DNA of 34,599 nt, from positions 1 through 34,599 of the IMG/VR virus record IMGVR_UViG_3300019996_000013. One strand, 5' to 3'. This DNA is from a virus. Its lineage: Duplodnaviria; Caudoviricetes. Every line of letters starts with the position of its first letter. Position 1 is the first letter of the stretch. Below, piece by piece: positions 27,702 through 34,599 of the stretch. Both the position numbers and the translations under genes were made by a program. The notes under the pieces are model-generated. The model saw nothing but the letters and a program-made list of their open reading frames with translations. It was not told the origin of the DNA and ran no database searches.

Positions 27702-27902
27702 ATGCGTTATGCTGTTATCAATGCGGATAATAAAGTAGTTAATATTATTTTATGGAATGGGCTCGACACATGGCAGCCTCCACGAGGATGTAAAGCAATT
27801 ATATGTGAAGGACTTATCGTACATCCTGGCGATTCATATGATGCTATGACTAAAACTTTTATTCCTAATCCCAAACGCCTCGGTTCAACTGGTAATCAAT
27901 AG
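27702..27902 (+). CDS. Small fibre-associated protein, paralogue of 25520-25714
   Basis: MRYAVI...VVNIILWNGLDTWQPP...PGDSYD...FIP. Confidence 0.72.
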   Translation: MRYAVINADNKVVNIILWNGLDTWQPPRGCKAIICEGLIVHPGDSYDAMTKTFIPNPKRLGSTGNQ

Positions 27903-27914
27903 AAAGAGCAACTC

Positions 27915-28247
27915 ATGGAATCGTACAAACTGAATTCTCTTATAGGATCCTATTCCTTTACTCCATCTTCGCGTCGGGGCAAAGAGAATATCCAAGATAT
28001 GGACGAAGAAAGTATTTTCCTCTATTCATTGCGGCCTGTTATATTTAACTATATTTCTGATAGAACCAAATCGGTTCATTATGGACTTATCGCTGAAGAA
28101 GTTGAAGAATTAGCTCAGACTTTAGTTGCTTATGATGAAGAAGGGAAGCCTGAAGGGGTTAAGTATTACGATCTTCCAATCTTGCTTCTTAATGAACTGC
28201 AGAAACTGCACAATCGCGTAGAAGAACTAGAAAAACAACTGAAATAA
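27915..28247 (+). CDS. Stand-alone Peptidase S74 / intramolecular chaperone domain
   Basis: SSRRGKENI, LRPVIFNY, YGLIAEEVEE, GVKY..L..LLLNELQKL and terminal coiled coil. Confidence 0.85.
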   Translation: MESYKLNSLIGSYSFTPSSRRGKENIQDMDEESIFLYSLRPVIFNYISDRTKSVHYGLIAEEVEELAQTLVAYDEEGKPEGVKYYDLPILLLNELQKLHNRVEELEKQLK

Positions 28248-28252
28248 TCAAG

Positions 28253-28345
28253 GGCGCTCTCTATCCTGTAACAAATAGAGAGCGCCTCCTCAGCAGTGTA
28301 TTTAGAGGAGGAAGGGGCCTCTTTTTTAGGAAGGCCCCTACTTTG
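28253..28345. terminator. Multi-hairpin terminator region between convergent late and ERF operons
   Basis: GGCGCTCTCTAT/ATAGAGAGCGCC, CCTCCTC/GAGGAGG and AGGGGCCT/AGGCCCCT stems. Confidence 0.65.
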
Positions 28346-28347
28346 TA

Positions 28348-29070
28348 TTACTTAACGGCAACGCCATTACGTATAGCTTTTATTTCCCTCACACGCGTCA
28401 CTGAGGTTTGATATTTACTCTTGGGCAGATCAGCCAGCGATTGCAATTGCATCTTTTCTAGGATCATTTCACCTATATCTGGATACTCTTGAAGTTCATA
28501 TTCCAATTCATCTAACTGCTCTTTAGAGATGACATCAACGCTCTCTTCTTTTGGGTTGTATTTCGTGGTTGGCCCTTTTACAAATACATTACGCGCTTGA
28601 CCCATAGCCACTTCAGCATCATCATCCTGCTTGTCTTGCGAACACGTTACTCCTAAAAGTGCCATAGCGGCATAACGTTTTTGGTAGGTCAACGTTGATC
28701 CATAGGTTTGTGGATCATTCTTAGGAGGTATGATTCTATTACGGGATTCCATCCATTGCCCACTAGAATGCGTCAGGATTGTATGAAGTATCGTGGCCCC
28801 ATCACTTGTTATCCGAATCTGTTGCGTTAATCCTAGGCCATTTTTGGTCAATGCTGGACGAATCGCTCTTAAAATAGTGTCTAAATCAGTATATGAAGAT
28901 TTAAAATAAGGATTTTCTCGATTAGGACCTATAACGGGATATTCTCCCTGTGCTTTGGCAAGTGAGGCATAGATCTCGTTCGTTTGTGCAGATGAGTAAG
29001 GAGATAGAGTTTTCTCTTGGATAATGCTCTTGAGCTCTTCTAACAATGTGTATATTTTTTCTGTATCCAT
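28348..29070 (-). CDS. erf: ERF-family single-strand annealing protein
   Basis: LAKAQGE, NPYFKSSYTDL, HSSGQW, QTYGSTLTYQKRYA and DDDA motifs. Confidence 0.9.
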   Translation of the reverse strand: MDTEKIYTLLEELKSIIQEKTLSPYSSAQTNEIYASLAKAQGEYPVIGPNRENPYFKSSYTDLDTILRAIRPALTKNGLGLTQQIRITSDGATILHTILTHSSGQWMESRNRIIPPKNDPQTYGSTLTYQKRYAAMALLGVTCSQDKQDDDAEVAMGQARNVFVKGPTTKYNPKEESVDVISKEQLDELEYELQEYPDIGEMILEKMQLQSLADLPKSKYQTSVTRVREIKAIRNGVAVK

Positions 29071-29079
29071 TATGGTCCC

Positions 29080-29319
29080 TTATTTTTTTGTGATGAGCAT
29101 AATCTTTTCACACCATGATCGAATCTCATCGTCTTCTACCTGTAATGGAGAACGTTCTGAGAGCATGAACAAGGCATAGTCCTTTACCATAGAGTCAGAT
29201 ATATCTTCTTGCGCACGTTCTTTTATTTCTTGAAATGCTTCGTACATCCATTTTTTCTGAATTGCACGATTTTGAATTACTATCGCTATCCTAGAATCTT
29301 CCTTACTACTCATAAACAA
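29080..29319 (-). CDS. Hypothetical protein
   Basis: AAGGAG SD; in the leftward early operon. Confidence 0.65.
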   Translation of the reverse strand: MFMSSKEDSRIAIVIQNRAIQKKWMYEAFQEIKERAQEDISDSMVKDYALFMLSERSPLQVEDDEIRSWCEKIMLITKK

Positions 29320-29342
29320 CTCCTTAATTGCTGAGAATTATC

Positions 29343-29531
29343 CTAGAACTGTTTGTGCGCCAGAGCTATCCTCGCTGATTTAGGAATCTTACCAAAATTC
29401 TTAAGACTTGCGGCAAAAGCTTTCTTCTGTTCTAAAGAGGTTTGTAGTTGAGCAATCTTTTCAGTATCGGAAATGATCTCTTCTAAAAGTTTTATCTTAG
29501 TTAAGAGTTGTTCTTCTCGAGTGAGATCCAT
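29343..29531 (-). CDS. Small coiled-coil hypothetical protein
   Basis: AAGG SD; first gene of the leftward operon. Confidence 0.6.
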   Translation of the reverse strand: MDLTREEQLLTKIKLLEEIISDTEKIAQLQTSLEQKKAFAASLKNFGKIPKSARIALAHKQF

Positions 29532-29572
29532 GCTTTTTTACCTTGTAATTTAGAGCTATTTCTCTATAATTC

Positions 29573-29646
29573 ACTATATCTATAACTTAGTATAAGTCAA
29601 TGTATTTTGACATATATTTTGACAATATAGTCAAATATGTGATAAT
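29573..29646. promoter_or_regulatory. Divergent early promoters with operator-like TTGAC/GTCAA boxes
   Basis: Rightward TTGACA(29619)-16-GATAAT with extended TG; leftward TTGACT-16-TATAGT; dyads GTCAA-N6-TTGAC and TTTGAC-N6-GTCAAA. Confidence 0.65.
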
Positions 29647-29679
29647 AACGTCCACCACGTTGTATTCAAAGGGGAAACT

Positions 29680-29916
29680 ATGTCTAAAAATGTGCCTGAA
29701 GAAATAAAGAGTCCTGAATTTCTCGAAAAAGTAATCATGGCTGTTAGGGAAAGGATGACCAAGATGCAAGATAAGAAATTTCTTACGTATAAAAAAGCTG
29801 CTGAATCTATAGGAATTTCATACATGACACTGCTTACATTTATGCAGCAAAGTAAAAAAATGTCTCGTACTACTACATTAAAAATTGTGCGTTGGTTGGA
29901 AGAAGAAAGTAAATAA
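29680..29916 (+). CDS. Cro/XRE-like HTH protein 1
   Basis: LTYKKAAESIGISYMTLLTFM...KMSRTTTLKIVRWL. Confidence 0.82.
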   Translation: MSKNVPEEIKSPEFLEKVIMAVRERMTKMQDKKFLTYKKAAESIGISYMTLLTFMQQSKKMSRTTTLKIVRWLEEESK

Positions 29917-29928
29917 AAAGGAAAAACT

Positions 29929-30144
29929 ATGATTACCTATGAAGAAATGAACAATCCTGAGTTCTTGAAAAGAAGTAGAGCTGCGGTTTGGAAAAAAGTG
30001 TCGGATAAAAAAATAAGTTATGCCGATGCAGCACTTGAAGTAGGAATATCTTCTATCACGCTCAAGAAATTTTTGTATTCAGACGAAAAAATGTCACGCA
30101 TAACTATTTTGAAGATTCTGTGCTGGTCCGAAATAGAAATCTAA
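29929..30144 (+). CDS. Cro/XRE-like HTH protein 2 (tandem paralogue)
   Basis: ISYADAALEVGISSITLKKFL...KMSRITILKILCW. Confidence 0.82.
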   Translation: MITYEEMNNPEFLKRSRAAVWKKVSDKKISYADAALEVGISSITLKKFLYSDEKMSRITILKILCWSEIEI

Positions 30145-30410
30145 TAAAAATGGAGATGATATATGAATTATCATCCCCACTAAATTTTTACGTGTATTTT
30201 TAGGGTAGTACTAGCTTATATTGTTCCCGTTTTCAATGGTCTTTTAAACCTCTGATAACTTTGAGCTTCCCTTTTTAAAAAAAACAGCGTATAGTTTAAT
30301 CAAAATTTTATGTCATCGCATCTTGAAGTTTGTTAAAACTAGTCCCGCCCCCCGGTGGTTCTTTGTTTCTTCTTTGATTTGTATGATCAATCCGACCAAG
30401 GATAACGAAT

Positions 30411-30533
30411 ATGAAAAATCATACCCGCCTTTTTGATTCACGTTACTTATTAAGTACATTGAAAATAATTTTATGTACCTACGAAATAAATAACTATTAC
30501 GAACTCAGCTATGTTTTTAGCGAAAGCAAATAA
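30411..30533 (+). CDS. Possible 40-aa leader ORF upstream of rep
   Basis: AAGGA SD; stops 5 nt before the rep ATG, which has no SD of its own. Confidence 0.35.
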   Translation: MKNHTRLFDSRYLLSTLKIILCTYEINNYYELSYVFSESK

Positions 30534-30538
30534 CTGTT

Positions 30539-31327
30539 ATGTATCGTATATCAAAAAACTCAGTTTTACAAGCACTTTCTCGCAGCCAAAATCTAAAATC
30601 AATAATTTCTTCCCTTTCTGGGATGGGCAAACGGTTACTTAATCAACTAATTGCATTTGATAACAATTGCGATTCTATCTATGTTTCTCAAACGACATTA
30701 AGCACGTATGTGAGTGGGACTCGTTGCCATGTTAATGTACTGATAAAAGAGCTTGTCGAGCGTGGTCTTTTAGAGAAGAAGTATCGTTATCGTCGTACAT
30801 GTCTGTACGCATTACCGTCTATCTTTCAACGAGCTGTGATTCGTGATGAACTGAAGAGTATATTACCTGCTCTTCGAGCTTTGACCTTTAAGGTTGTTCT
30901 TCAGCTTACTGCCCTTGCTCATATGGCAAATCTAACACCATATAAAGGAAGTAATAATATGATTAATAATATTAATAAAAAGGGAGGGGTTTTACCGACC
31001 CTTGTCAGTCAATATGCAGCAGTTGCTCGACGCTTTGAACAACAACACAGTCCACCAGCTCCCCAATTGACCATCGAAGAACGAAAAAAGCTCGCTGAGC
31101 TTCGCAAGCAGCGCGCTGCATTGCATGATCGACCGTTATTGGAGAAGATTCGCTCTGAAGCTTTGAGTCAAGAAACTACCTTATCCGAACAGGGAAAGGC
31201 ATTTCTTTCAGGGTGTCCTGCTCTGCAGAAGATCTTATCCCGGGCTTCCCAAAAACAGGAAATTGAGAGTAGTATTGCTACGGAAAAATCATTGCAAGAG
31301 GAGCAGGTATGGAAAAAGCCCCTGTAA
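30539..31327 (+). CDS. Putative replication initiator with N-terminal winged HTH
   Basis: IYVSQTTLSTYVSGTRCHVNVLIKELVERGLLEK..R..TCLY; N/I/K-rich linker; position between HTH regulators and RusA. Confidence 0.65.
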   Translation: MYRISKNSVLQALSRSQNLKSIISSLSGMGKRLLNQLIAFDNNCDSIYVSQTTLSTYVSGTRCHVNVLIKELVERGLLEKKYRYRRTCLYALPSIFQRAVIRDELKSILPALRALTFKVVLQLTALAHMANLTPYKGSNNMINNINKKGGVLPTLVSQYAAVARRFEQQHSPPAPQLTIEERKKLAELRKQRAALHDRPLLEKIRSEALSQETTLSEQGKAFLSGCPALQKILSRASQKQEIESSIATEKSLQEEQVWKKPL

Positions 31328-31704
31328 CATTAAGTTATGTATTACCAGGAGATCCGACTATTATAGGTCGCATGCGTGGCAATCACGGTATGGCATGGTC
31401 AGATATTAAAGCAAAGCGCTGGGAAATAGCATCTTTTTTAAGTGAACAGGCCCAGAGTCTCTTTGAAGCGCCTACCCATCTTGATGTAATATTCTACTTA
31501 CCACTCGCCAAACAACCATGCCAAACAAAAACAGACGGCAAACCGCACTATCAGAAACCATGCTTGAATGATCTTGTTGGGGGTATTTTGCATATATTAG
31601 AAGGATATGTCTTTAAGCCAGAGTGTATTATTGTATCAATTAATTCGAAAAAATTTTACGACTCTATCCCAAGAATTGAATTATTTTTTACAAAGGTACA
31701 ATAA
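31309..31704 (+). CDS. rusA: RusA-like Holliday junction resolvase fold, catalytic motif degenerate
   Basis: LPGDP...LDVIFYLP...H..KPCLNDL...IVSINSKKFYD..PRIE. Confidence 0.65.
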   Translation: MEKAPVTLSYVLPGDPTIIGRMRGNHGMAWSDIKAKRWEIASFLSEQAQSLFEAPTHLDVIFYLPLAKQPCQTKTDGKPHYQKPCLNDLVGGILHILEGYVFKPECIIVSINSKKFYDSIPRIELFFTKVQ

Positions 31705-31710
31705 AAGCTT

Positions 31711-32226
31711 ATGAGAACAAAGAACTCCTCACGCGCGCCTATTGTGCGTAGAAAAACGACGATTACACCGCAACGCACAACTCATTTCAAACTTTGTTGG
31801 CCTCCTTCTGATGAGAGAGAACAGAATCGTCTTGGGGATCAGTTGGTAGAATGGTCGATCCTCAGTGAAAGCACCAAGATAGAGGATTTTCCCTTATCGC
31901 GACGCATGAACCCGTATCGCTTTAAGCATATAGGTGACGACAACGATTATTTCAAAGATTGTTATGAATACGCCCAGTATGCTATAGGATCTCGTTTACA
32001 GGAGGGCATTCATACACACAGTGAAACAATAGATCGAGAATTGGGGATGCGTCTACTCCCGCTCTATAATCGCGAATATAGAGAAATGCAGATTCAGCTC
32101 AAGACGCCTGCCAATATTAATCAGAATGCGGGTACACAATACATAGTCTTAGAGAAGATGCCAAGTTCTCCGCTCGTTATTGAAAGAAAGAATGATGAAG
32201 GTCGAAGCACAGATACATCTGAATAA
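31711..32226 (+). CDS. Putative terminase small subunit
   Basis: Directly upstream of and overlapping TerL; helical LVEWS...FKDCYEYAQYAIGSRL as in P22-gp3-like TerS. Confidence 0.6.
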   Translation: MRTKNSSRAPIVRRKTTITPQRTTHFKLCWPPSDEREQNRLGDQLVEWSILSESTKIEDFPLSRRMNPYRFKHIGDDNDYFKDCYEYAQYAIGSRLQEGIHTHSETIDRELGMRLLPLYNREYREMQIQLKTPANINQNAGTQYIVLEKMPSSPLVIERKNDEGRSTDTSE

Positions 32227-33547
32227 ATTCAAGCCACGTTCATATCAGTTACCGCTTATTGATGCTATTGAGAACAAAGGTTATAAACGTGTCCTGGCTA
32301 TTATGCCACGTCGGGCGGGCAAAGATGTTACCGCGTTCAATATCATGATCCGTGCCGCTATAAAGAAGATCGGTGTTTATTACTACATCTTTCCTACATA
32401 TGCCCAAGCGAAGAAAGTTATCTGGGATTCTATTACCAATACAGGAGAAAAGTTCCTCGACTATATTCCTAAGCAGCTTATCGAATCAAGCAATAGCCAG
32501 GAAATGAAAATACGGCTTACTAACGGCTCGCTGATTCAATTAGTCGGATCGGATAATGTTGATTCTCTTGTTGGTACTAATCCTCGGGGTATAGTCTTCT
32601 CAGAGTACGCCTTACAAGATCCACGAGCATATATGTTTTTACGGCCTATTTTATTGGCCAATAACGGATGGGCGCTTTTCATATCAACGCCACGCGGAAA
32701 AAATAGCCTCTGGGAGCTCTGGAATATTGCACAGCACTCACAGGATTGGTATGCATTAAAACTTTCAATAGAAGACACGCAGCACATATCCTTGCATGAA
32801 ATAGAACGCGAGCGTGCTGAAGGTATCATGTCTGATGATCTCATTCAACAAGAATACTTCTGTTCGTTTGAGATGGGTGTTGAGGGTTCGTACTATGCCA
32901 AATATCTCGATCGTATGCGTGTTAAGGGGCAGATAAGCCAGGTGCCTTGGGAACCGGGATTCAAGGTCAATACTGCATGGGATCTTGGTGTACGGGATAG
33001 TACAACGATTATATTCTTTCAAGTTATTGGGCAAACGGTTCGCATAATTAATTGTTATGAAAACAATAAGTTCGGTTTGGAGCACTATGTAAAGGTGTTG
33101 CAAGAGCAGCTGTATGTCTATGGTAAGCATATTGCTCCGCATGATATCAAGGTCACGGAGTTCGGTACGGGGATGTCGCGGATCGAGCGTGCTCGCCAGC
33201 TCGGAATTAATTTCACCGTCGCTCCTGATTTGAGTATTGAAGATGGGATTGAAGCGGTACGGGGCTCGCTGTCTAAGATCTGGATCGATCAATCATGTGT
33301 CGGGTTAATTAAAGCGCTCGAGAATTATCGCCAGGAGTATGATACGAAGAAAAAGATTTATAAGAATCATCCTCTTCATGATTGGTCATCGCATTATGCA
33401 GATTGTATGCGGTATTTGTGTATTAGTTTGCCCAAGACCCGGGATGGCATTACGCCAGAGGAGTTGGACAGACGCTATAACGAAGCGGTTTATGGTGTAT
33501 CGTCTTCAATGCCTGCAGTGTTTCGCGATGATTTACCACCCTATTGA
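32192..33547 (+). CDS. terL: Terminase large subunit
   Basis: PRSYQ, Walker A PRRAGKD, Walker B GIVFSE, ISTPRG, QQEYFCSF; nuclease AWDLGVRDST and HDWSSHYADCMRY. Confidence 0.95.
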   Translation: MMKVEAQIHLNKFKPRSYQLPLIDAIENKGYKRVLAIMPRRAGKDVTAFNIMIRAAIKKIGVYYYIFPTYAQAKKVIWDSITNTGEKFLDYIPKQLIESSNSQEMKIRLTNGSLIQLVGSDNVDSLVGTNPRGIVFSEYALQDPRAYMFLRPILLANNGWALFISTPRGKNSLWELWNIAQHSQDWYALKLSIEDTQHISLHEIERERAEGIMSDDLIQQEYFCSFEMGVEGSYYAKYLDRMRVKGQISQVPWEPGFKVNTAWDLGVRDSTTIIFFQVIGQTVRIINCYENNKFGLEHYVKVLQEQLYVYGKHIAPHDIKVTEFGTGMSRIERARQLGINFTVAPDLSIEDGIEAVRGSLSKIWIDQSCVGLIKALENYRQEYDTKKKIYKNHPLHDWSSHYADCMRYLCISLPKTRDGITPEELDRRYNEAVYGVSSSMPAVFRDDLPPY

Positions 33548-33550
33548 AAG

Positions 33551-33575
33551 AGATGTCGACAGATTGTCGACATCT
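33551..33575. promoter_or_regulatory. Perfect 11-bp inverted repeat right after terL (operator-like)
   Basis: AGATGTCGACA-GAT-TGTCGACATCT; core TGTCGACA-N3-TGTCGACA also at 18084-18102. Confidence 0.6.
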
Positions 33576-33592
33576 GAAATTAAGGAGAAGAT

Positions 33593-33772
33593 ATGTATGG
33601 AGTTTTCGCTGATTACGTTCAACTCTGGGTGAGCTTAACATTATTGTTTTTTATAACATTGTTCATGATTGAAGATGAACGAACTCTTATCTTTTTGGGA
33701 ATCAGTGCTATATCATCCATATGTTGCGTACAGTTTCTGCATTACACTGGTATCGTTATATTTTTTTCGTAA
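33593..33772 (+). CDS. 59-aa two-TM membrane protein between terL and portal
   Basis: AAGGAG SD; MYGVFADYVQLWVSLTLLFFITLFMIEDERTLIFLGISAISSICCVQFLHYTGIVIFFS. Confidence 0.6.
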   Translation: MYGVFADYVQLWVSLTLLFFITLFMIEDERTLIFLGISAISSICCVQFLHYTGIVIFFS

Positions 33773-33776
33773 CAAT

Positions 33777-33805
33777 TTGCGATAAAAGTCCTAGCTTTCT
33801 AGAAT
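33777..33805 (+). promoter_or_regulatory. Putative promoter for portal
   Basis: TTGCGA-17nt-TAGAAT upstream of AAGGAG and ATG 33837. Confidence 0.5.
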
Positions 33806-33836
33806 GCAAGTAGGCAACCGTATAAAGGAGAAAAAC

Positions 33837-34599
33837 ATGTTGTTTCCCCAATTGGGACCCCAGTACTACGACGAAAAGGATAAGAGTATTTTATCGCGCA
33901 TGGAATCCTTCTATGCCGAAAGCATAACAATAAACCAATCGTTCTGGTCAGAAGCTGATACTGATACCCGATTCTATGTTGGTGATCAGACACTCTGGTC
34001 TGATATTTATGGTAATCTTCCGGCCAACCGTAGAAAGCAGTTCAATTTTAATCGGATTATGCGCGTAGTAAACATGATTTCTGGTCATCAACGCCGGGCT
34101 CGTAAATCTACCATTGTAACGCCAATTGAAAATGCAGATCAAAAGACCGCCGACCAATTCACCAGGGTTCTTATGTGGGCCAATCAACAAGAAGGGATAC
34201 TCGAGACAATATCCGAATCGTTTCAAGGTGCCTTGATTACCGGCATGAACTTGTTACAAGTCTGGGTTGATTACCGTTCCGATCCGATATCGGGAAACAT
34301 TCGTGTTGAGAATTGTCAGTACAATAGCTTTCTGATAGATCCTTATTTCAGGAAATCAGATTTATCCGATTGTAACTCTATTTGGAAACGGAGCTTTTTA
34401 ACTAAGCGCGAATGTATTTCATTACTGCCGAACAAAGAAGAAGAGATCATGGGCCTTTGGGGCGGATCGGCTGGTACTGGCCGTGACGGGAAGTTCCAGT
34501 TCATGCCCGAATCATACAATTATGGCATGCAGAATTTACTGACGTATGACGAATATTACTATCGTGATTACCGTAAACAAAAGCTTCTGGTTGATACTC
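33837..34599 (+). CDS. Portal protein, second allele, 5' part (runs off the window)
   Basis: ATG 33837 with SD; MLFPQLGPQYYDEKDKS...; open to the end; one K-to-R change versus copy A. Confidence 0.92.
   Translation, partial: MLFPQLGPQYYDEKDKSILSRMESFYAESITINQSFWSEADTDTRFYVGDQTLWSDIYGNLPANRRKQFNFNRIMRVVNMISGHQRRARKSTIVTPIENADQKTADQFTRVLMWANQQEGILETISESFQGALITGMNLLQVWVDYRSDPISGNIRVENCQYNSFLIDPYFRKSDLSDCNSIWKRSFLTKRECISLLPNKEEEIMGLWGGSAGTGRDGKFQFMPESYNYGMQNLLTYDEYYYRDYRKQKLLVDT
33847..34599 (+). repeat. Terminal repeat copy B (about 95% identical to 1-753)
   Basis: Direct base-by-base comparison. Confidence 0.97.

Larger units (their letters stand above)
1..33846. mobile_element. One full unit of a podovirus-like (P22-type architecture) phage or phage-like genome, circularly permuted
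   Basis: Portal, scaffold, capsid, tail, ejection, ERF, Rep, TerS and TerL genes in canonical order; the sequence re-enters the portal gene at 33847, equivalent to position 1. Confidence 0.92.

Noticed and set aside
30082-30097. GACGAAAAAATGTCACG in HTH gene 2, resembling the 40-bp repeat core
   Set aside because: Spacing differs by 3 nt, the downstream TGAA is missing, and the sequence is explained by coding for DEKMSR
32580-32620. Inactive terminase because Walker B reads VFSE rather than hhDE
   Set aside because: The catalytic Glu and all other ATPase and nuclease motifs are intact, so this is best read as a tolerated variant
102-33641. Many antisense and alternate-frame ORFs in the track (e.g. 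1091-1459, 8693-9088, 16384-16728, 16868-17380, 32765-33292)
   Set aside because: They overlap well-supported genes, lack SD sequences and read as shadow frames
1-34599. Alternative genetic code, tRNA or rRNA genes
   Set aside because: Genes are full length under code 11 with TAA, TAG and TGA all used as stops; no cloverleaf or rRNA-like segment seen in the short intergenic gaps

Overview
The window holds one apparently complete, circularly permuted genome (unit length 33,846 bp) of a short-tailed, P22-like-architecture dsDNA phage or phage-like element. Gene order: portal, a cluster of small basic proteins, scaffold, a 3.2 kb accessory insert (HAD phosphatase, sulfotransferase, a secreted double-glycine protein followed by four micro membrane ORFs), N4-gp56-type major capsid, head-completion and tail-hub genes, Gln-rich ejection proteins, an immI-like block (membrane protein, RHH regulator, secreted low-complexity protein), about 9 kb of modular tail-fibre genes ending in a stand-alone S74 chaperone, ERF recombinase, a divergent promoter with two HTH paralogues, an HTH replication initiator, a degenerate RusA, TerS and TerL. 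Bases 33847-34599 repeat bases 1-753 at only about 95% identity, almost all synonymous. I recognised no integrase, CI-like repressor, polymerase, endolysin, tRNA, CRISPR or reverse transcriptase. The style of the secreted cargo suggests a host among intracellular bacteria of protists such as Dependentiae/Babelota (inference only). The best leads are three tandem covarying pseudoknot-like units in the capsid 5' leader, the GG-protein plus micro-peptide operon, and a dispersed GAC-N4-TGTC-N6-TGAA palindrome family that includes a 17-bp-IR-bounded element. All family assignments are by eye; no searches were run.
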